Below are positions 46,781 through 55,326 of a stretch of 64,000 nt of DNA, in pieces; the stretch's first letter is position 1, and each line of letters opens with the position of its first letter. This DNA comes from an uncultured Actinomycetota bacterium (lineage in GTDB: Bacteria > Actinomycetota > Acidimicrobiia > Acidimicrobiales > SZUA-35), in NCBI GenBank assembly GCA_963732695.1, contig CAVTAP010000003.1:15532-79531 (forward strand), in the 5' to 3' direction. The translations under genes and the position numbers were made by a program. The notes under the pieces are model-generated. The model was not told the DNA's origin. It saw nothing but the letters and a program-made list of their open reading frames with translations, and made no database searches.

Positions 46781-47245
46781 ATGGTGCCCCCCGTGAGCGA
46801 GCACCCTGGGCAGCAGTCGGATCCCCGACCGGCCCCGGATCCAATCTCGGAATCAGTCCCGGGGCCGGGGATCCCGTTACACACGGTCTACGACGTGGTG
46901 GGCGGCGGGCCGTTCTTCGCCCGACTGGTCGACCGGTTCTACGAGGGGGTGGCGGCTGATCCGTTGCTCCGCCCCAGCTACCCCGAAGACCTCACCGAGT
47001 CCCGGCAGTGGCTCACCCTGTTCCTGTGCCAGTACTGGGGCGGGCCCACCACCTACAGCAACCATCGGGGTCATCCCCGGCTGCGGATGCGCCACTTCCC
47101 CTTCGTGATCGGCCTGCCCGAGCGCGACGCCTGGCTGACGCACATGTCGGCTGCGGTGGAGGCGTCTGATGCCCCCGAGGAGGCCAAGAGCCTCTTCCGT
47201 CAGTACTTCGACCAGGCCAGCCTGGCCATGATGAACCAGGTCTGA
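46781..47245 (+). CDS. glbO: Group II truncated hemoglobin (trHbO)
   Basis: VYDVVGGGPFFARLVDRFYEGVAADPLLRPSYPEDL...FLCQYWGGPTTYSNHRGHPRLRMRHFPF...RDAWLTHM. I chose ATG 46781; the track start 46733 lies in a low-GC promoter segment. Confidence 0.85.
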   Translation: MVPPVSEHPGQQSDPRPAPDPISESVPGPGIPLHTVYDVVGGGPFFARLVDRFYEGVAADPLLRPSYPEDLTESRQWLTLFLCQYWGGPTTYSNHRGHPRLRMRHFPFVIGLPERDAWLTHMSAAVEASDAPEEAKSLFRQYFDQASLAMMNQV

Positions 47246-47375
47246 TCAACCGACCGGCCGGCGGGCCCTGTAGTTTGCCCCGACGTCCACAGCCCGCTCC
47301 CGGGGCGGGTTCCGGGACGTGAAAGATCACCAAATCCTTGACTTTGTGATTCGGGCCGACTCCACTTTGGCCTGG

Positions 47376-47444
47376 CTGCCCCCGAAGGCAGTCTCGTACC
47401 TGCCCCCGAGGGCAGTCTCGTACCTGCCCCGGAGGGCAGGGTCC
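47376..47444 (+). repeat. 24-bp tandem repeat (2.8 copies, CTGCCCCCGARGGCAGTCTCGTAC) in the hup 5' region
   Basis: Units start at 47376, 47400 and 47424 (the last is partial). Each unit forms a CTGCC/GGCAG hairpin. The array ends 6 nt before the AGGAG Shine-Dalgarno of hup. Confidence 0.9.
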
Positions 47445-47460
47445 CACACAAGGAGCTCAA

Positions 47461-47757
47461 GTGAACAAGACGGAACTGATCGACCAGATCGCCGAGCGGA
47501 CCGGGATCTCCAAGAAGGACGTCGGCGCCGTCATCGATGGTCTCTTCGTCGAGGTGTCCCGGGTCGTGGCCCAGGGCGAAGACAAGGTGACGATCCCCGG
47601 GTTCGTGTCGTTCGAGCAGGTGAACCGGAAGGCCCGGAAGGGCTTCAACCCCCAGACGGGGGAGCCGATCACCATCCCGGCGGCCAACGCGGTGAAGGTG
47701 ACCGCCGGCAACAAGCTGAAGGCCTACGCCCGGGGAACCGAGCATCCGCCGGCCTGA
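47461..47757 (+). CDS. hup: Nucleoid-associated protein HU
   Basis: MNKTELIDQIAERTGISKKDVGAVIDGLF...GFVSFEQVNRKARKGFNPQTGEPITIPA. GTG start with AGGAG 5 nt upstream. Confidence 0.9.
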   Translation: MNKTELIDQIAERTGISKKDVGAVIDGLFVEVSRVVAQGEDKVTIPGFVSFEQVNRKARKGFNPQTGEPITIPAANAVKVTAGNKLKAYARGTEHPPA

Positions 47758-47905
47758 GCCGACGGTACGGTGCCCCGGCACACGGGCGCCCAGCGGCGGT
47801 GGAGCTCTCCGCTCCCCGTGCTCGGCGCCAGAAGAGGCTCGCGAACCGTCCGGTCGACGTCGAACGTCGGCTGGACGGTGAGCGGGCGGATCGGCGGAGA
47901 GCGAG

Positions 47906-48358
47906 ATGACTGAGACAGATCCCGGGGTCGACGGCCCGTTGCCCGAGCCGGCCGCCATGCTTCCCCACCGGGCGCCGTTCCTGTTCGTGACCGAGCTGGT
48001 TTCGCTCACCCCGGGCCAGGAGGTCCGGGGCTACTGGCAGCTGACCGGCGACGAGTGGTTCTTCTCCGGCCACTTCCCGGGCCGGCCGACGCTGCCCGGG
48101 GTCTTGATGATCGAGGCCCTGGCCCAGGTCGGGGCGTGCGCCGTGCTGGCCGATCCCCGCTTCGCCGGGAAAATCCCGCTGCTGGCCGGCACCGACAAGG
48201 CGAGGTTCCGGCGCCAGGTGGTGCCGGGCGACCGGCTCGATCTGGAGGTGACGATGGGGCGCCTCGGCAGCCGGGCCGGGCGGGGTGTCGGCCGGGCGTC
48301 GGTGGGGGGCGAGACGGCGGCCGAGGCCGAGATCCTCTTCGTCGTCGCCGACGCCTGA
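47906..48358 (+). CDS. fabZ: 3-hydroxyacyl-ACP dehydratase (FabZ-type hotdog fold)
   Basis: LPHRAPFLFV...FFSGHFPGRPTLPGVLMIEALAQ... Confidence 0.8.
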   Translation: MTETDPGVDGPLPEPAAMLPHRAPFLFVTELVSLTPGQEVRGYWQLTGDEWFFSGHFPGRPTLPGVLMIEALAQVGACAVLADPRFAGKIPLLAGTDKARFRRQVVPGDRLDLEVTMGRLGSRAGRGVGRASVGGETAAEAEILFVVADA

Positions 48359-48365
48359 GCGGCCA

Positions 48366-49661
48366 TCAGGCGGCGGGGCGGCGGCGGAAGGGGATGCCGT
48401 TGTCGGTGACCCGGAAGATCAGCAGGAGCGACCCCACCGCTCCGATGGCGGCCATGGTGCCGAACCCGGCGCCGTAGCCCGACACGTCGACCAGCCGCCC
48501 GGTGGCGAAGCCACCCAGCGGGGCGCCCACGTCGAAGAACATGTTGAACGAGCCCATGGCCTGACCCCGCTCGGCCGGCGGTGCGGAGTCCACCACCATG
48601 GCCAGCATGGTGGGGAACAACCCGGCGTAGCCGGCGGCGAACAGCATCACGCCCACGAAGGCCATGACGGGGACGGGGAAGGCGGCCAGGATGGCGAGCC
48701 CGAGGGCGCAGGCCAGCGAGCAGGGCACGGCCACGGCCCGCCGGCCCACCCGGTCCGCCATGTTGCCCGACAGCGACCGGGTGACGATCACGGTGGCCGA
48801 CAACGCGGCGAACAGCCACCCGGAGTTGCCCATGCCGATGTGGCGGGCATAGAGGGCCAGGAAGGCCCCGATGGCGGTCCAGCCGATGCCGGCACAGAAG
48901 TAGGGGATACCAGGACCCACGGCGTCGGGATGGAACAGGCGGGATATGAGCGGCAGCTTCACCGCATCGGGGTTGCGGGTACCGGTCTCGGGCAGCAGCA
49001 GCGCCAGCGACGCACCGAAGGCGGAGGCACCGATCACGGTCCACCACACGGCGTTGAAGCCGACGTTCACGATCAGGGCCTCGGCGATGGCGGGGCCGAT
49101 GGCGAAGCCGAGGTAGAAGAAGAGGCTGTAGCGGGCCAGGAACGTGGCCCGCTTCTCCGACGGGGCCACGTCGGCCACGGTGGCGGTGGCCGCCCCGTAG
49201 AACATGGCGTTGGCCACCCCCTGGAGCATCCGCAGCCCGAGCACGGCCAGCTCCGACTTCAACGTCAACAGCCCGAACGCGGTGGCCAGGGTGAGCAGGG
49301 GACCGAAGACGAGGAAGGGCTTGCGGCCCTTGGTGTCGAGCCGACGGCCGGCCCAGGGGCGGGCCACAACCGCCGAGATCGACTGGGAGCTCATGATCAG
49401 GCCGGCGGTCCCGAGCGACGTGCCGAGCACATCGTGCAGGTACAGGGGCAGCGCCGGGTAGAGCAGGCCCTGGGACACGAACGTGCCCATGGCCGATACG
49501 CACAGCAGGGTCACGATGGCCAGGGGGGCCTGGGGAGGCCGGAGCCGACCCGATCGCCCCCGATTCGACCAGCTCCGACCGGTCTCGACGACGGAATCGA
49601 TCTCGTCAGCGGGGAGCGTCACGAGATCGGATCTTACGGCCGACCCCGGTGCGGGTACCAA
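48366..49661 (-). CDS. MFS transporter
   Basis: 12 predicted TM helices. An MFS loop motif is present (RPWAGRRLDTKGRKP, similar to GxLaDrxGrkp). The start is uncertain. Confidence 0.7.
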   Translation of the reverse strand: MVPAPGSAVRSDLVTLPADEIDSVVETGRSWSNRGRSGRLRPPQAPLAIVTLLCVSAMGTFVSQGLLYPALPLYLHDVLGTSLGTAGLIMSSQSISAVVARPWAGRRLDTKGRKPFLVFGPLLTLATAFGLLTLKSELAVLGLRMLQGVANAMFYGAATATVADVAPSEKRATFLARYSLFFYLGFAIGPAIAEALIVNVGFNAVWWTVIGASAFGASLALLLPETGTRNPDAVKLPLISRLFHPDAVGPGIPYFCAGIGWTAIGAFLALYARHIGMGNSGWLFAALSATVIVTRSLSGNMADRVGRRAVAVPCSLACALGLAILAAFPVPVMAFVGVMLFAAGYAGLFPTMLAMVVDSAPPAERGQAMGSFNMFFDVGAPLGGFATGRLVDVSGYGAGFGTMAAIGAVGSLLLIFRVTDNGIPFRRRPAA

Positions 49662-49680
49662 GTACCCGCACCCGGGTGGA

Positions 49681-50865
49681 TCAGGCCGCGGGCGGAGGCG
49701 CGATGACGATCGACCCGTTGTGCCCGCCGAACCCGAAGCTGTTCGACAGCGACGGACCGGGGGTCCAGGGGCGGGGCTCGTGCATCACCACGTCGATGGC
49801 GGGCATTTCGGGATCGAGACGCTCCAGGCCGAACGTGGGCGGGATGATCTCGTGCCTGATGGCCAGCACGGTGGCCACCGCTTCCAGGGCGCCGGCCGCC
49901 CCCAGGGCGTGTCCGGTGACACCCTTGTTGGAGGTGATGATGGGGCCCGGCGTGCCGAACACCTTGGCCAGGGCCTCGGCCTCGGCCGCATCGTTGAGCG
50001 GGGTGGAGGTGCCGTGGGCGTTGACGTGCACGATGTCGGCGGCGCTGAGGCCGGCGTCGGCGATGGCCAGCTCCATACAGCGCACGGCGCCGCCGCCGCC
50101 GGGGGAGGGGGCGGTGATGTGGTGGGCGTCGGCCGTGCTGGCCGCGCCGATGATGAGGCCGAGGATGGTGGCCCCCCGGGCCAGGGCCCGGTCCAGATCC
50201 TCCAGCACCAGGATGCCGGCGCCCTCGGCGATCACGAAACCGTCACGTCGCTCGTCGAACGGCATCGAACGGCCGCTCGACGACAGCGCCGTCATGTTGC
50301 CGAACCCGGCCAGGGACGTGGGCGTGAGGGGCGACTCGCTGCCCCCGCACAGCACGGCGTCGCAGCGGCCCGAGGTGATCAGGCGCAGAGCGTTGCCGAT
50401 GGAATGGGTGCCGGCGGCACATGCCGTCACCGTGGCCTCGCACGGCCCCTGGAAGCCGTAGCGCATCGACACCGAGGCGGCTGCCGCGTTGGGCATCATC
50501 ATCGGCACCAGGAACGGCGACACACGGCGGTCGCCCTTCTCGTGACGGATGACGATCTGCTCCTCGTTGGTGGTGATCCCACCGATGCCGGTGCCGATCA
50601 GGGTGCCGATGCGGGCGGGATCGGCGTCGAGCTCACCGGCCTGCTCGAGCGCCATGGCCGAGGCCGCCAGGGCGTACTGGGTGAAGGGGTCGGCTCGCCG
50701 GGCCTCTTTGGGGCTGGCGAACCACGGCGACGGGTCCCAGTCGGGTACCCGGCGCTTCACCCCGTCGGGGGCAGGGGCCAGCAGGCCCCGCCAGAACGCC
50801 TCGGTACCGACGCCGCAAGGGGCAACCACGCCGATGCCGGTGATTGCGACGGCCGGCGCCGGCAT
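49681..50865 (-). CDS. fabF: Beta-ketoacyl-ACP synthase II
   Basis: ATG 50865 shares 1 nt with the acpP TGA. VAITGIGVVAPCG, the active-site ACAAG, HGTSTP and NSFGFGGHN. The upstream part of the track ORF is antisense to acpP. Confidence 0.9.
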   Translation of the reverse strand: MPAPAVAITGIGVVAPCGVGTEAFWRGLLAPAPDGVKRRVPDWDPSPWFASPKEARRADPFTQYALAASAMALEQAGELDADPARIGTLIGTGIGGITTNEEQIVIRHEKGDRRVSPFLVPMMMPNAAAASVSMRYGFQGPCEATVTACAAGTHSIGNALRLITSGRCDAVLCGGSESPLTPTSLAGFGNMTALSSSGRSMPFDERRDGFVIAEGAGILVLEDLDRALARGATILGLIIGAASTADAHHITAPSPGGGGAVRCMELAIADAGLSAADIVHVNAHGTSTPLNDAAEAEALAKVFGTPGPIITSNKGVTGHALGAAGALEAVATVLAIRHEIIPPTFGLERLDPEMPAIDVVMHEPRPWTPGPSLSNSFGFGGHNGSIVIAPPPAA

Positions 50866-51104
50866 CAGATCTTCCCGACGACCAGGTCGTAGGCGGCGCC
50901 GACGGTCTCGATGCCCTCCAGCTCCTCTTCCTCGACCGACACGCCGAACTCCTCTTCGAGCGCCATCACCAGCTCGACCAGGTCGAGGCTGTCGGCGTCG
51001 AGGTCCTCGGCGAACCGGGCCTCGCGGGTGACCTGGGCGGCATCGACCGAGAGCACCTCGACCGCACACTTCTTGAAAGCCTCGAACTTCTGATCATCAG
51101 TCAC
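50865..51104 (-). CDS. acpP: Acyl carrier protein
   Basis: 79 aa with the phosphopantetheine-site motif [20 protein letters not shown]. Confidence 0.9.
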   Translation of the reverse strand: MTDDQKFEAFKKCAVEVLSVDAAQVTREARFAEDLDADSLDLVELVMALEEEFGVSVEEEELEGIETVGAAYDLVVGKI

Positions 51105-51247
51105 TTGTGTGGTCCTCCTCGACCGTCCAACAGATGTTGGCGCTTTTCAGGGTAACGGTGCCGGCGTCGGCTGACTGCCGGGGTTGGGGGCGACGGGCCG
51201 GGCGCTCAGGCGCCCATGGCACGGTGCCTTCGGATGGCACGGTGCCT

Positions 51248-52012
51248 TCAGGTGCCCATGGCAAGGCCGCCGTCGACGTTCAGAACAGTGCCGGTGACGA
51301 AGCCGGCGGCGTCGGAGGTGAGGAAGCCGACGGCGGCCGCCACCTCCTCCGGGGTGCCCACCCGGCCCACCGGCACCTGGGCCACCATGGCTTCCACGGC
51401 CTTGGGGCCGAGGGCGGCCAGCATGTCGGTATCGATGGGGCCGGGGGCCACCAGGTTCACGGTGATGCCCCGGCTGGCGAACTCCCGGGCCAGCGAGCGG
51501 CCCAGCCCGGCCAGCCCGGCCTTGGAGGCGGCGTAGTTGGCCTGGCCGGCCTGGCCCAGCGAGCCCACCACCGACGACACGAGCACGATGCGGCCCCAGC
51601 GGGCCCGCATCATCGACTTCACGGCCCGGCGGGCGGTGCGGAAGGCACCGGTGAGGTTGGCGTCCACCACCGAGGTGAAGTCGTCGTCGGACATGCGCAA
51701 CACGAGCAGGTCCCGGGTGATGCCGGCGTTGGCCACCAGGATCTGGACCGGGCCCAGCTCGGCCTCGATCGTGTCGAAGGCGGCCTCCACCGAGGCCGTA
51801 TCGGTGGTGTCGCACTCCACCCACAGCAGGCCGGGATCGAGGGCGTCGGGCTTGGAGCGGGAGCCGACGGCCACCTTGTGGCCGGCCGACGCCAGCTGGC
51901 GGGCGCAGGCCAGGCCGATGCCCCGGCTGCCGCCGGTGACGAAGGCCACCCGCCCGATGTCGGGCCCCACCGAGGGCCCGATCCCGGTGGTCCCGTGCTC
52001 GTTGTCAGCCAC
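51248..52012 (-). CDS. fabG: 3-oxoacyl-ACP reductase
   Basis: AFVTGGSRGIG, NAGI, SSVVG...YAASKAG (YxxxK), and NVDGGLAMG at the end. Confidence 0.85.
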   Translation of the reverse strand: MADNEHGTTGIGPSVGPDIGRVAFVTGGSRGIGLACARQLASAGHKVAVGSRSKPDALDPGLLWVECDTTDTASVEAAFDTIEAELGPVQILVANAGITRDLLVLRMSDDDFTSVVDANLTGAFRTARRAVKSMMRARWGRIVLVSSVVGSLGQAGQANYAASKAGLAGLGRSLAREFASRGITVNLVAPGPIDTDMLAALGPKAVEAMVAQVPVGRVGTPEEVAAAVGFLTSDAAGFVTGTVLNVDGGLAMGT

Positions 52013-52024
52013 GGATCAGCGACC

Positions 52025-52957
52025 TCAGGCCCAGCGGACCAGCGCGCTGGCCCAGGTCATGCCGGCCCCGAAGCCCACGAACAGCACGAGCTTGCCCGGT
52101 TCGATCCGGCCGTGCCGGAGGGCATCGTCGAGGGCCAGGGGGATGGAGGCGGCCGAGGTGTTGCCGGTGCGATCCAGGATCATCACCGTCTGATCCATGG
52201 TGAAGCCGACCTTCTTCCACGCCGCTTCGACGATGCGGATGTTGGCCTGGTGGGGGATCACGATGTCCACGTCGGCCACCGTGAGCCCGGCCCGCTCCAG
52301 CGTGGCCTGCACCGTGCGCTGGATGGCGATGACGGCCTGGCGGTAGACCTCCTTGCCGTCCATCTTCAGCGTGTCGCCGTGGTCGGCGTAGAGGATGTGC
52401 ACCCAGTTGCCGTTGGCCCCCAGGTCCCAACCGAGAAGCTGGCCGGCGCCGGTGTCGTCGCGCTCCACCACCGCCGCCCCGGCCCCGTTGCCGAACAGGA
52501 TGCCGGTGCCGCGATCGTGGTAGTCGGTGATGCGGTCGAGGCTCTCGGCCCCGATCACCAGCAGCCGGTTCATGCCCTGGAGCAGGAGGCCGTTCGCCAC
52601 AACGAGGCCGTAGACCCAGCCGGAACAGGCGGCCTGCAGGTCGAAGGCGCCGCATTCCAGGCCCAGCTCGCGGGCCACCGCCGGCGCGGTGCCGGGGCAG
52701 ATGTGGTCGGGGCTGGTGGTGGCGAGGATGATCGTGTCGATCGAGCTGGGGCTGACGCCGGCGGCGTCGAGGGCCCGCTGGGCGGCCTGGGTGGCCAGGC
52801 CCGAGGTGGAGCCGCCGATGCGGCGCTCGCCGATGCCGGTGCGTTCCCGGATCCACTCGTCGGTGGTGTCCATCCACGCCGTCAGATCCTGGTTCGAGAG
52901 AACCTTCTCGGGCAGGGCGGAGCCGACGCCGGTCAGCTTGAATCCCCAGGCGGTCAT
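52025..52957 (-). CDS. fabH: Beta-ketoacyl-ACP synthase III
   Basis: DEWIRERTGI, the active-site AACSG, HQAN and GNTSAAS. Confidence 0.9.
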   Translation of the reverse strand: MTAWGFKLTGVGSALPEKVLSNQDLTAWMDTTDEWIRERTGIGERRIGGSTSGLATQAAQRALDAAGVSPSSIDTIILATTSPDHICPGTAPAVARELGLECGAFDLQAACSGWVYGLVVANGLLLQGMNRLLVIGAESLDRITDYHDRGTGILFGNGAGAAVVERDDTGAGQLLGWDLGANGNWVHILYADHGDTLKMDGKEVYRQAVIAIQRTVQATLERAGLTVADVDIVIPHQANIRIVEAAWKKVGFTMDQTVMILDRTGNTSAASIPLALDDALRHGRIEPGKLVLFVGFGAGMTWASALVRWA

Positions 52958-52958
52958 G

Positions 52959-54158
52959 TCAGGCTCCTATCGAGTCGGTCCGGAGCCAGGCCAGTGGCTG
53001 GGACGTGGTCACTCGTTCTCCGGTCAGTGCCAGCATGCCCTGCAGCAGGCCGGCGAACGCCGATCGCACCTCGGCCGACCCCACCAGGCCGACCACCTCG
53101 CCCCGCGAGACCGGTGTTCCCTCGGTGAGGCCGGCCCGGGGGGTGAACACACCGGTGGCCGGGCTGACCACCAGGCGCTCCACGGCGTGCAACGTCTCGC
53201 CCTCGAGGACGGCTGTTCCTCCCTCCGAGGCGTGGGCCAGCGACTCGAGCAGGCTGTCGACCTCGGACGGTGAACCGATGCTGAGGTTGGTGGTCCCCTG
53301 GATGGTCCGCTTGGCCATCCCGGTGAGCACGGTGCCGGGCCCCAACTCCAGCAGCACGGTGGCGCCGGCGTCACGCAGGGCGTGGAGGGTCTGGCGCCAC
53401 TGGACGGGGGCGGTGAGCTGGGCGCCCAGCAGGCTCGACCAGATCTCGCCCTCGGTGTGGGGGAGGGCGTCGATGTTGGCGAACACGGGGTTCGAGGCGG
53501 GACGCAGCTCCACGTCGGCCAGGGCCTTGCGCAGCCGGTCCCGGGCCGGCGACATGAACGGGGTGTGGAAGGCGCCGCCGACCTTGATCGGCATCACCCG
53601 CTTGGCCCCCAGCTCCTTGGCCGCCTCGGCCGCCAGATCGATGGCGGCCGGGTCGCCGGCGATGACCACCTGGCCCGGAGCGTTGTAGTTGGCCACCCAC
53701 ACGTCGCCGTCGGTGCGGCGGCAGGCCAGATCGACCTTGTCGTCGTCGAGGCCGAGCACGGCGGCCATGGTGCCGGTGGCGGCCTCGGCCGCCGCCTGCA
53801 TGGCGTCGCCCCGCTCGGTGACCAGGCGGACGCCGTCGGAGAAGCTGAGCACGCCGGCGGCGGTGAGGGCCGAGTACTCACCGAGGCTGTGGCCGGCGAA
53901 GAACGCCGGCTCCACACCGGTGCGCTCCACCGCGTCGAGCACCACCATCGACAGCACGTACGTGGCGAGCTGGGAGTTCCGGGTCTGGCGCAGCTCCTCG
54001 GCGTCGGCCCGGAGCAGGAGGTGCTCCACGTCGCGCTCGGAAGCCTCCGAGGCCTCGCTCACCAGTTCCCAGGACGGATGTTCGATCCAGGCCTCGCCCA
54101 TCCCGGGGGCCTGCGATCCCTGCCCGGGGAAGGTGAAAGCAATCATCACGGTGGTCAT
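52959..54158 (-). CDS. fabD: Malonyl-CoA:ACP transacylase (FabD) with an extra ~95-aa C-terminal biotinyl/lipoyl-like barrel domain lacking the modifiable Lys
   Basis: FTFPGQGSQ, the GHSLGEYSAL nucleophile, GAFHTP and VQW cover the first ~300 aa. The tail LVVSPATGVFTPRAGLTEGTPVSRGEVVGLVGSAEVRSAFAGLLQGMLALTGERVTTSQPLAWL resembles a BCCP fold, but the (E)AMKM motif is replaced by GSAEV. Confidence 0.8.
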   Translation of the reverse strand: MTTVMIAFTFPGQGSQAPGMGEAWIEHPSWELVSEASEASERDVEHLLLRADAEELRQTRNSQLATYVLSMVVLDAVERTGVEPAFFAGHSLGEYSALTAAGVLSFSDGVRLVTERGDAMQAAAEAATGTMAAVLGLDDDKVDLACRRTDGDVWVANYNAPGQVVIAGDPAAIDLAAEAAKELGAKRVMPIKVGGAFHTPFMSPARDRLRKALADVELRPASNPVFANIDALPHTEGEIWSSLLGAQLTAPVQWRQTLHALRDAGATVLLELGPGTVLTGMAKRTIQGTTNLSIGSPSEVDSLLESLAHASEGGTAVLEGETLHAVERLVVSPATGVFTPRAGLTEGTPVSRGEVVGLVGSAEVRSAFAGLLQGMLALTGERVTTSQPLAWLRTDSIGA

Positions 54159-54245
54159 CGCCTTTCTGACCCGGGTGGCCCCCGGAAGGTTTCATGTCCT
54201 CTACAACCCCTTCCACGGCCGCCGGGCCGTTAGGATGAATCGCCC

Positions 54246-54328
54246 GCCCGGGTGGCGGAATGGCAGACGCGGCGGACTCAAAATCCGCTGTCCGAAAGGG
54301 CGTGTGGGTTCGACTCCCACCCCGGGCA
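54246..54328 (+). tRNA. tRNA-Leu (anticodon CAA)
   Basis: Folded by hand. The acceptor stem is GCCCGGG/CCCGGGC and the D arm is GCG...CGC. The anticodon arm is GCGGA-CUCAAAA-UCCGC (U33, CAA, A37). There is a long variable arm GUCC-GAAA-GGGC, a T arm GUGGG-UUCGACU-CCCAC, and discriminator A. CCA is not encoded. Confidence 0.9.
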
Positions 54329-54379
54329 CCCAGTAGAACCCAGTTAGACCAGCACTGACCCCCACGGAGAGAGCAACGG

Positions 54380-54673
54380 ATGTCGCGTGCCTCCATCGAA
54401 CGACGCCTCACCGACATCACCGCCGAGTTGCGCGTCGCCCGTGAGGAGCTGAAGGTGCTGGACGAGCAGTTGCAGCACTTCACCGACGAGGCCGACGAGG
54501 CCCGGCTGCGGTCGCTGGTGTCGGAGACCCCGTTGGCCGAGAGCGAGCACCGGGAGGCGGCGAAGGCGGTCACGGCGCTCCGGCGCGACCGGGAGGCCCG
54601 GCTCAAGCGGATGGCCAAGCTCGAGTCCAAGCAGGACGCCCTGCTCGACCAGCTCACGAGCGTGCGATCGTGA
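54380..54673 (+). CDS. Small coiled-coil hypothetical protein translationally coupled to the ANTAR regulator
   Basis: 97 aa of charged heptad-like sequence (ITAELRVAREELKVLDEQLQHFTDEADEARL...). Its stop overlaps the next start (GTGA). Confidence 0.5.
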   Translation: MSRASIERRLTDITAELRVAREELKVLDEQLQHFTDEADEARLRSLVSETPLAESEHREAAKAVTALRRDREARLKRMAKLESKQDALLDQLTSVRS

Positions 54674-55287
54674 CGGCGGCGGCAGTACCGGCCGGCGGGC
54701 CGGGTGGGGGTACCCCAACCCGGGTCGTGCTGGCCGAAGACGAAGCCCTGATCCGGCTCGACCTGCGGGAATGCCTGATCGAAGAGGGCTACGAGGTGGT
54801 GGGGGAAGCCGGTGACGGGGCCGAGGCCCTGGCCATCATCCGGGAGACCAAGCCCGACGTGGCCATCCTCGACGTGATGATGCCAGGCGTCGACGGGCTC
54901 ACTGCGGCCCGGGAGATCGTGGCCGACCGGTTGGCCGCCGTGGTCATCCTCACCGCCTACTCCCAGCGGGAGCTGGTGGAGCAGGCGCGAGACGCCGGGG
55001 CCATGTCGTACCTGCTCAAGCCGTTCCAGCGGGAAGATCTGGCCCCCGCCATCGAGATCGCCGTGGCCCGCTTCCGAGACCAACTGGTGCTGGCCAAGGA
55101 GGCCGAGTCGCTGTCGGACCGGCTGGAGACCCGCAAGGTCATCGACCGGGCCAAGGGGCGCCTGCAGGACAACCACGGGCTGTCGGAGCAGGCGGCCTTC
55201 CGCTTCATCCAGCAGACGGCGATGTCCCGGCGCACGTCGATGAAGCAGATCTCCCAGGCCGTGCTGGACGGCGAGCTCACCCCCTGA
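54670..55287 (+). CDS. pdtaR: ANTAR-domain response regulator (PdtaR-like)
   Basis: Receiver domain VVLAEDEALIRLDL...DVAILDVMMPGVDGL...LKPF, then ANTAR domain RKVIDRAKGRLQDNHGLSEQAAFRFIQQTAMSRRTSMKQISQAVL. The gene order pdtaR...polA...rpsA matches mycobacteria. Confidence 0.85.
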   Translation: MTAAAVPAGGPGGGTPTRVVLAEDEALIRLDLRECLIEEGYEVVGEAGDGAEALAIIRETKPDVAILDVMMPGVDGLTAAREIVADRLAAVVILTAYSQRELVEQARDAGAMSYLLKPFQREDLAPAIEIAVARFRDQLVLAKEAESLSDRLETRKVIDRAKGRLQDNHGLSEQAAFRFIQQTAMSRRTSMKQISQAVLDGELTP

Positions 55288-55326
55288 GCAGCTGACGGGC
55301 TCCGGGCCCCGCCGTCCGGTCCGTCG

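Noticed and set aside
54246-54328. tRNA-Leu as an integration site for a genomic island.
   Set aside because: There is no integrase, no direct repeat of the tRNA 3' end downstream and no compositional break. The flanking genes (fabD, pdtaR, polA) are core genes.
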